Part shown: positions 59,023 to 64,000 of the stretch, one piece after another | Numbering within the stretch: the stretch's first letter is position 1 | How the letters are laid out: each line of letters starts with the position of its first letter | NCBI GenBank assembly: GCA_963747775.1 | Contig: CAVVGT010000014.1 | Coordinates: 182,684 to 246,683 of the forward strand | Length of the DNA: 64,000 nt | DNA from: an uncultured beta proteobacterium | GTDB taxonomy: Bacteria > Pseudomonadota > Gammaproteobacteria > Burkholderiales > SG8-39 | Direction: 5' to 3' | Program-made: the position numbers and the translations under genes | Notes under the pieces: model-generated | Told to the model about the DNA's origin: nothing | What the model saw: the letters and a program-made list of their open reading frames with translations, nothing else | Databases searched by the model: none

Positions 59023-59871
59023 TCATTTCCCGGTCTTTGCACGGATGTCGAGTTCGATTATCGCCCGCAGCTCCGGGGTAACCCGCGGTGTGGCCCCGAA
59101 CCACTTCCGGAACCCGAACCCCGCCTGCTGGAGCAGCATGCCGAGGCCGTCGACTACCCGATGGCCGCGCGCGCGGGCCGCCGCGAGCAGGCCCGTTTCC
59201 AGCGGCACGTAGACGACGTCGTACACGACGGCGCTCGGCTTGAGGGAGGCGATGTCCACCTCAAGCGGGGGCTTGCCCACCATGCCGAGCGAGGTGCAGT
59301 TCACCAGCAGGTCCGCGTCCGGCAGCAGCTCGGGGAGCGCGTCGTACCCGAGGCCGCTGACGCGCGGGCCGAAGTCGGCCGCGAGGCTGCGTGCGCGCTC
59401 TATCGTGCGATTTGCGACGCGCACCGTGAGGCCGCGCGTCGCGAGCGCGTAAGCGGCGGAGCGCGCCGCACCCCCGGCGCCGAGGATCACCGCGCGGCCA
59501 TCCGGAACGTCCCATCCCGGCGCACGATCGTCGAGGTTCGCGATGAAGCCGTGGGTGTCCGAGTTCCCGCCCATCAGTCGGCCCTTCTCGAGCCAGAGGG
59601 TGTTGACCGCGCCGACCGCATCGGACGCCTCGTCGCGCTGGTCGACGAGGCGGAAGGCGGCTTCCTTGTGCGGTACGGTCACGTTGCCACCGACGTAGCC
59701 GTTCGCGGCGAGGTGCGTGACGAAGTCGGGGAACGCTTCGGGCGTGAGGTCCTTCAGCTCGTAGGCCCCGTGGATGCCGAGCGTGCGGAGCCAGTAGCCG
59801 TGGATCATCGGCGAGCGCGAATGGGACACCGGATGGCCCATCACGCACGCCTTGGGAAGTGCGGCGGTCAT
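59023..59871 (-). CDS. aroE: Shikimate dehydrogenase
   Basis: 282-aa intact ORF with SRSPMIHGYW, NVTVPHKEA, NSDTHGF and GAGGAARS. Confidence 0.9.
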   Translation of the reverse strand: MTAALPKACVMGHPVSHSRSPMIHGYWLRTLGIHGAYELKDLTPEAFPDFVTHLAANGYVGGNVTVPHKEAAFRLVDQRDEASDAVGAVNTLWLEKGRLMGGNSDTHGFIANLDDRAPGWDVPDGRAVILGAGGAARSAAYALATRGLTVRVANRTIERARSLAADFGPRVSGLGYDALPELLPDADLLVNCTSLGMVGKPPLEVDIASLKPSAVVYDVVYVPLETGLLAAARARGHRVVDGLGMLLQQAGFGFRKWFGATPRVTPELRAIIELDIRAKTGK

Positions 59872-59884
59872 TCTCGGCTTCCGG

Positions 59885-60202
59885 CTACAGCGGCGAGAAC
59901 GACGTCGACTTGAGGATGCGGCATTCCTGGTTCTGGTGCGCGCCGAGCTCGCGGCTGCGCTTCAGATAGTCCTGGAAGGCGGGATCGGCCATCAGCGCGT
60001 CGCGCTTGGCCTCGCGGTCCGCTTGGCTCGCGTACTTCCAGACGTGCACGACCTGGTTCAGCGGCCCGACCTCGGTGGTTGCGTACAGCACGGGCTCGCC
60101 GCAGTGCTTCACCTGGGTCGCGTGGCCGTGCTGCTCGTAGAGCTTCAGCCAGTCGGCGAACTTGCTGTTGTGCAGCGTGTAGATGCGCAGATCGAAGATC
60201 AT
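59885..60202 (-). CDS. NIPSNAP family protein
   Basis: 105-aa intact ORF MIFDLRIYTLHNSKFADWLKLYEQHG...VVHVWKYASQADRE. Confidence 0.7.
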   Translation of the reverse strand: MIFDLRIYTLHNSKFADWLKLYEQHGHATQVKHCGEPVLYATTEVGPLNQVVHVWKYASQADREAKRDALMADPAFQDYLKRSRELGAHQNQECRILKSTSFSPL

Positions 60203-60290
60203 GCCGGCCCCTCCGCAAAGCGCGCAGTCTACGCGGCGCGCGCGTGGAGTCTAGACGCAGCGCGCGGCGCCGGGCGGGCGCGGTTTGCTG

Positions 60291-61004
60291 CTAGCTGTCA
60301 TGCCGGTCCGGCATGGCCGGCTCGGCATGGTGGGCCTGTACCCGGTCGCGCAGCTCCTCGAGGTGCGGGTCGCGCAGGCCGTGCGCGGCAAGCGCATCGA
60401 CGGTATGGAAGAGGTAGTCCGCGGAGGAGCCGAGGTGGCCGCGCGCCGAGGCAAGGGCCTGCGCGATGACGTCGGACGCCAGCCGGCCGGCGTAGTTCGG
60501 GTGCGCGTGGTTCACGACGAAGGTGAGCGCGCGCAGCTCCTCGACGCAGCGCCGGCCGCCTTCGCCCGGGGCCGTCTCGACTCGTGCCCAGCGGGGCGCG
60601 TACGACCCGACCACCATCTCACGCCGCCAGAGCAGCTTCAGTTCCTCAAGGGCCTTGCCGGCGGGCAGACGGTAGGCGAGTCCACAGCATGCGCCCCCTT
60701 TGTCCAGACCGAGCACCAGGCCGGGGCGCTCCGGGCTGCCGCGCCCCATGATGGACCACAGGCAGAAGCGACGATGGAAACCGCGCAGCGTGGCCCGGCG
60801 ACGCTCCTCATAGTGGAACAGCGGATTCCAGATCAGCGAGCCGTAGCCGAACACCCACACATCCGCGTTTGGGCATGCGCCGGCGAGGACTCGGGCGATC
60901 GACGCTTCGAGCTCATCGTCGGAAAGAGGGCGCGGCCCGGTGGCGCACTCCGACCACAACCGGCGCATGCGGCCGGATTCGAGATCTTCGCGGGTGAGGG
61001 ACAT
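60291..61004 (-). CDS. chaC: ChaC-family gamma-glutamylcyclotransferase
   Basis: 237-aa ORF from ATG 61004 with VWVFGYGSLIWNP, LWRREMVVGSYAPRW and SSADYLFHTVDAL. Confidence 0.8.
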   Translation of the reverse strand: MSLTREDLESGRMRRLWSECATGPRPLSDDELEASIARVLAGACPNADVWVFGYGSLIWNPLFHYEERRRATLRGFHRRFCLWSIMGRGSPERPGLVLGLDKGGACCGLAYRLPAGKALEELKLLWRREMVVGSYAPRWARVETAPGEGGRRCVEELRALTFVVNHAHPNYAGRLASDVIAQALASARGHLGSSADYLFHTVDALAAHGLRDPHLEELRDRVQAHHAEPAMPDRHDS

Positions 61005-61087
61005 GGGTCGGGGCCGGGTACAACGTGGCCAACGCGCATTGTCGCCCACCGTTGACCCCGTATGGGTCCCCGACCAGGGAATAGTGC

Positions 61088-61891
61088 TCAGAGCTGGAGA
61101 TCGGCGCGCGGCCGGTGGGGCTCATCCTCGCCCAGTCGCGCGCGGATGAGCCCGTCCAGGTGCATCAGGTTCGGATCGCGGATCCCGATCGCGGCAAGGC
61201 CGTCGATGGTCTGGCGCAGGTAATCGATCCCGGTGCCGATCCTGCCGCGGGCATGGACGAGGCGCTCGACGATGACCTCGGCCGCCAGACGGCCGGTATA
61301 TCCCGTACGCTCGCGGTGCACGACGAACGCCAGGGCGCGGAGAGTGCGCGCACCGTGGGTAACCAGCACCCAGCGCGGCGCGTACGAGCCGAGCAGCATC
61401 TCGCGGCGCCAGAGCAGGCGGAGCTCGGGCTCGGCGACGCGCTCCGGGATGCGGTAGGCCACGCCGGTGCAGCGCCCGCCGCGATCGAGCCCGAGCACCA
61501 AGCCCGGTTTCTCGGGCGTGCCCCGGTTCACGCGCGAGGAGAGGCAGAAGCTGCGATGCCAGCCGTGCGCGGTCGCGACGACCCGCTCGTCGAACTCGAG
61601 CACCGGGTTCCAGATCAGCGAGCCGTAGGCGAACAGCCAGACATCCGGCTGGCGGTGCGGCGCGGCGAGCGCTTCCTGCAGCGACGCCTCCAGCTCCGCT
61701 TCCGACAACAGCTCGCCCGCGAGCGGCGACTGCTCGAGCGCCTGGCGGAGCGCATTCTCGAGCAGGTCTTCGCGGCAGAGCTGCCGCTCCTGCGCCGCAG
61801 TGGTGCCGGTGCCGACGAAGGACTCGCCGCGCTCCACGGGCTCGCCCTCGGGCGGCGCGCGTGGGTCGTCGGGGCCTGAGGTCGATGCCAT
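61088..61891 (-). CDS. ChaC-family gamma-glutamylcyclotransferase (tandem paralog with longer N-terminus)
   Basis: 267-aa ORF with VWLFAYGSLIWNP, LWRREMLLGSYAPRW and TGIDYLRQTIDGL. Same strand as, and adjacent to, the first copy. Confidence 0.8.
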   Translation of the reverse strand: MASTSGPDDPRAPPEGEPVERGESFVGTGTTAAQERQLCREDLLENALRQALEQSPLAGELLSEAELEASLQEALAAPHRQPDVWLFAYGSLIWNPVLEFDERVVATAHGWHRSFCLSSRVNRGTPEKPGLVLGLDRGGRCTGVAYRIPERVAEPELRLLWRREMLLGSYAPRWVLVTHGARTLRALAFVVHRERTGYTGRLAAEVIVERLVHARGRIGTGIDYLRQTIDGLAAIGIRDPNLMHLDGLIRARLGEDEPHRPRADLQL

Positions 61892-62101
61892 TCAGTCGTT
61901 CGGCGAGCGTAGCAACTCCGTGCAATGGTACCCGCCATCCCGCCATGACATCCAACCTGCGTGCGTCGGGCGGCCACGACGCTCCGCGCGCGAAAACACG
62001 ACGGTGCCGGGCCTCAAGCGGCCTTGCGGTGCGGCCTGGGGCTCGACACGAGGGCGATCGCCTGCGAGATGCGCCGCGCGCCATCGCGCAGGGCGGCGCC
62101 G

Positions 62102-62191
62102 GTCACGCCCGAGGCGATGCGCGCGCAGGTCGAAGGGGAAATCGCCCGCTGGCGAGCACTCGTCGAGAGCCGGAAGATCGAGCGGCAGTAG
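62102..62191 (+). pseudogene. Possible C-terminal remnant of a Bug/TctC-family binding protein
   Basis: VTPEAMRAQVEGEIARWRALVESRKIERQ-stop resembles the conserved Bug C-terminus (compare SPAEFAAHVEKEVVLNATLIQQAGLKPE at 9096-10061). The upstream sequence does not read as a Bug protein. Confidence 0.3.
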
Positions 62192-62291
62192 GCGCGGCCA
62201 AAGTCCGCGTTGCGCGCGCGGCGCGCGCCGGGTGACAATCGGCCGCCGTTGCGTGATTGCCACCTCCCTTTCCCCCGCTCCTCGGACACTC

Positions 62292-64000
62292 ATGGCCAAG
62301 TTCGCTCTCGGACAATCCGTCACCCGCTTCGAAGACGTCGCGCTCGTTCAAGGACGCGGCCGCTATGCCGACGACGTGCGACTCGCAAACGAGGCGCACG
62401 CATACATCTTGCGCTCGCCCCATGCGCACGCCGCGATCCGCCGGATCGACGCGACGGCGGCGCGCGAGGCGCCGGGCGTGCTCGCGGTGCTGACCGGCGC
62501 CGACGTGAAGGCCGACGGCCTCGGCGATATCCCATGCATGATTCCGGTGACCAATCCCGACGGCACGCCGCGCGGCGAGACGCCGCGGCCGCTCCTGGCT
62601 GCGGACCGCGTGCGGCACGTCGGCGACCCGGTTGCGCTGATCGTCGCGGATACGCTCGGGCACGCGAAGGACGCCGCCGAGCTCGTCGAGGTCGACTACG
62701 ACCCGCTGCCCGCAGTGGCCGATACCTTCGGCGCGACGCAGCCTGGCGCGGCGCTGGTCTGGCCCGACGTCAAGACCAACGTCTGCTTCGAGCTCGCGTA
62801 CGGGGACGCGAAAGGGGTCGGCGCCGCGTTCGGGCATGCCGCGCGCGTGGTGAAGGTCGAGCTGGAGAACAATCGGCTGGTCGCAAACGCGCTCGAGCCG
62901 CGGGTGGCCGTTGCCGACTACGACGCGGCCACCGACCGCTCGACGCTCTACACGCCGACCCAGGGCCCGCACGTCATCCACGGCCAGATCACCGACGCGA
63001 TCCTCAAGCTCGACAAGGAGAAGCTGCGGGTCGTCTCCGGCAATGTCGGCGGCGGGTTCGGGATGAAGATCTTCCTGCATCCCGAGCAGCCGCTGGTGGT
63101 CTGGGCGTCGCGCAAGCTCAAGCGCGCGGTGCGCTGGACCGGCGAACGCAGCGAAACATTCGTGAGCGACGTCCAAGGGCGCGACAACCACTCGATCGCC
63201 GAGCTCGCGCTGGACGCGAATGCAGGGTTTCTCGGGCTGCGCGTGACGACGTACGCGAGCATGGGGGCATACCTCTCGAACTTCGGCCCGTTCATTCCGC
63301 AGCTCGCGCTGTTCGTCCTGTCGAGCGTCTACCGCATCCCGGCCATCACGCTGAACGTGAAAGGCGTGCTCACGAACACCGTGCCGGTGGATGCCTACCG
63401 CGGTGCCGGCCGGCCGGAGGGCATCTACCTCGTCGAGCGCGTGGTCGATGTCGCCGCGCGCGAGCTCGGGCTTGCGCCCGACGAGATCCGCCGGCGCAAT
63501 TTCATAAATACTTTTCCGTACCAGACGCCGGTCGAGAGCGAGTACGACAGCGGCGACTTCGATGGAGCGATGCAACTCGCGATGCGCAAGGCCGACTGGG
63601 TGGGGTTCGCGGCGCGGCGGGCGGGCGCAGCGCAGCGCGGGCGCCTGCGCGGCATCGGGCTCGCGATGTACATCGAGCGCTGCGGCGGCGGCAACGGGGA
63701 CACGATCACGCTCAAGGTCGGCGGCAACGGCAGGGCGACGGTGATCTCGGGGATGCAGGACAACGGCCAGGGGCACGTGACGAGCTTCAAGCAGGTGCTC
63801 TCCGAGAAACTCGGCATCGATGCGGAAACGATCGAAGTCGTGCAGGGCGACACCGACATCGTGCCGAACGGCCTGACCGGCGGCAGCCGCTTCCTCGCGA
63901 TCGGCGGCGTCGCGGCGATCGCGGCGGCGGACGAGGCGGTCGCGAAAGGCCGGGAGACCGCGGCCAGCATGCTCGAGGCGGCGGCCGCGGACATCGAGTA
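62292..64000 (+). CDS. Xanthine dehydrogenase/CO dehydrogenase-family molybdopterin-binding large subunit (CoxL-like), 3' truncated by window end
   Basis: My own translation from ATG 62292 stays open to the window end (569 codons). It is absent from the ORF track because it has no stop. Blocks: MAKFALGQSVTRFEDVALVQGRGRYADDV, VLAVLTGADV, VRHVGDPVALIVAD, NRLVANALEPR, GNVGGGFGMK, VDAYRGAGRPEG, QDNGQGH. Confidence 0.85.
   Translation, partial: MAKFALGQSVTRFEDVALVQGRGRYADDVRLANEAHAYILRSPHAHAAIRRIDATAAREAPGVLAVLTGADVKADGLGDIPCMIPVTNPDGTPRGETPRPLLAADRVRHVGDPVALIVADTLGHAKDAAELVEVDYDPLPAVADTFGATQPGAALVWPDVKTNVCFELAYGDAKGVGAAFGHAARVVKVELENNRLVANALEPRVAVADYDAATDRSTLYTPTQGPHVIHGQITDAILKLDKEKLRVVSGNVGGGFGMKIFLHPEQPLVVWASRKLKRAVRWTGERSETFVSDVQGRDNHSIAELALDANAGFLGLRVTTYASMGAYLSNFGPFIPQLALFVLSSVYRIPAITLNVKGVLTNTVPVDAYRGAGRPEGIYLVERVVDVAARELGLAPDEIRRRNFINTFPYQTPVESEYDSGDFDGAMQLAMRKADWVGFAARRAGAAQRGRLRGIGLAMYIERCGGGNGDTITLKVGGNGRATVISGMQDNGQGHVTSFKQVLSEKLGIDAETIEVVQGDTDIVPNGLTGGSRFLAIGGVAAIAAADEAVAKGRETAASMLEAAAADIE

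Noticed and set aside
60226-60267. An imperfect direct repeat AGTCTA(..)CGC(G/A)GCGCGCG x2 and the palindrome GTCTAGAC between chaC and the NIPSNAP gene.
   Set aside because: It is a short, imperfect repeat embedded in low-complexity GC-rich sequence. It cannot be distinguished from chance.
1-64000. A scan for CRISPR arrays, tRNA and rRNA genes and large tandem repeats.
   Set aside because: I saw no regularly spaced repeats, no cloverleaf-like conserved tRNA boxes and no rRNA-like stretches by eye. A dedicated scan with tRNAscan-SE, Infernal or a CRISPR finder would be needed to be definitive.

Overview
High-GC (about 70% by eye) proteobacterial chromosomal segment. It looks Betaproteobacteria/Burkholderiales-like: Bug/TctC-family binding proteins, LysR/MarR/Lrp regulators and liv-type ABC systems. 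I support about 60 protein-coding loci. I saw no rRNA, tRNA, CRISPR array or intact mobile element. The content is mostly transport and catabolism:
- a NitT/TauT-type ABC system with an embedded YlbE-like DUF1116 protein and an amidase
- a PaaY / HpcH-aldolase / crotonase cluster
- FadD and PhaZ
- the Phe/Tyr degradation genes phhA, phhB, hppD, hmgA and fahA
- a single-ORF arginase-ornithine aminotransferase fusion convergent with putA
- kup, a five-gene liv-type ABC operon and aroE
- two tandem ChaC paralogs and a CoxL-like molybdo-hydroxylase running off the 3' end.

Main observations:
1. Blocks of genes carry dense frameshifts (15.3-20.7 kb, 24.9-26.1 kb, 38.8-44.1 kb, 48.2-51.2 kb, 54.5-59.0 kb) and phhB carries one in-frame TAG. 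These blocks alternate with perfectly open ORFs up to 2.9 kb long. This is either locally poor consensus or selective gene inactivation.
2. If the lesions are real, tyrosine catabolism is cut exactly after homogentisate.
3. The arginase-OAT fusion.
4. An accessory-looking cluster at 26.3-31.7 kb. It holds a 964-aa secreted VIT/vWA/DUF2135 protein whose Shine-Dalgarno sits in a perfect hairpin, a Tat-signal nucleoside deaminase, and several small uncharacterised exported or membrane proteins.
5. A lower-GC island at about 7.9-11.7 kb with decayed flanks.
6. An identical 15-nt element at the same offset upstream of two genes.

All family assignments come from reading the translated ORFs and from memory of family motifs. 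No database search was run.
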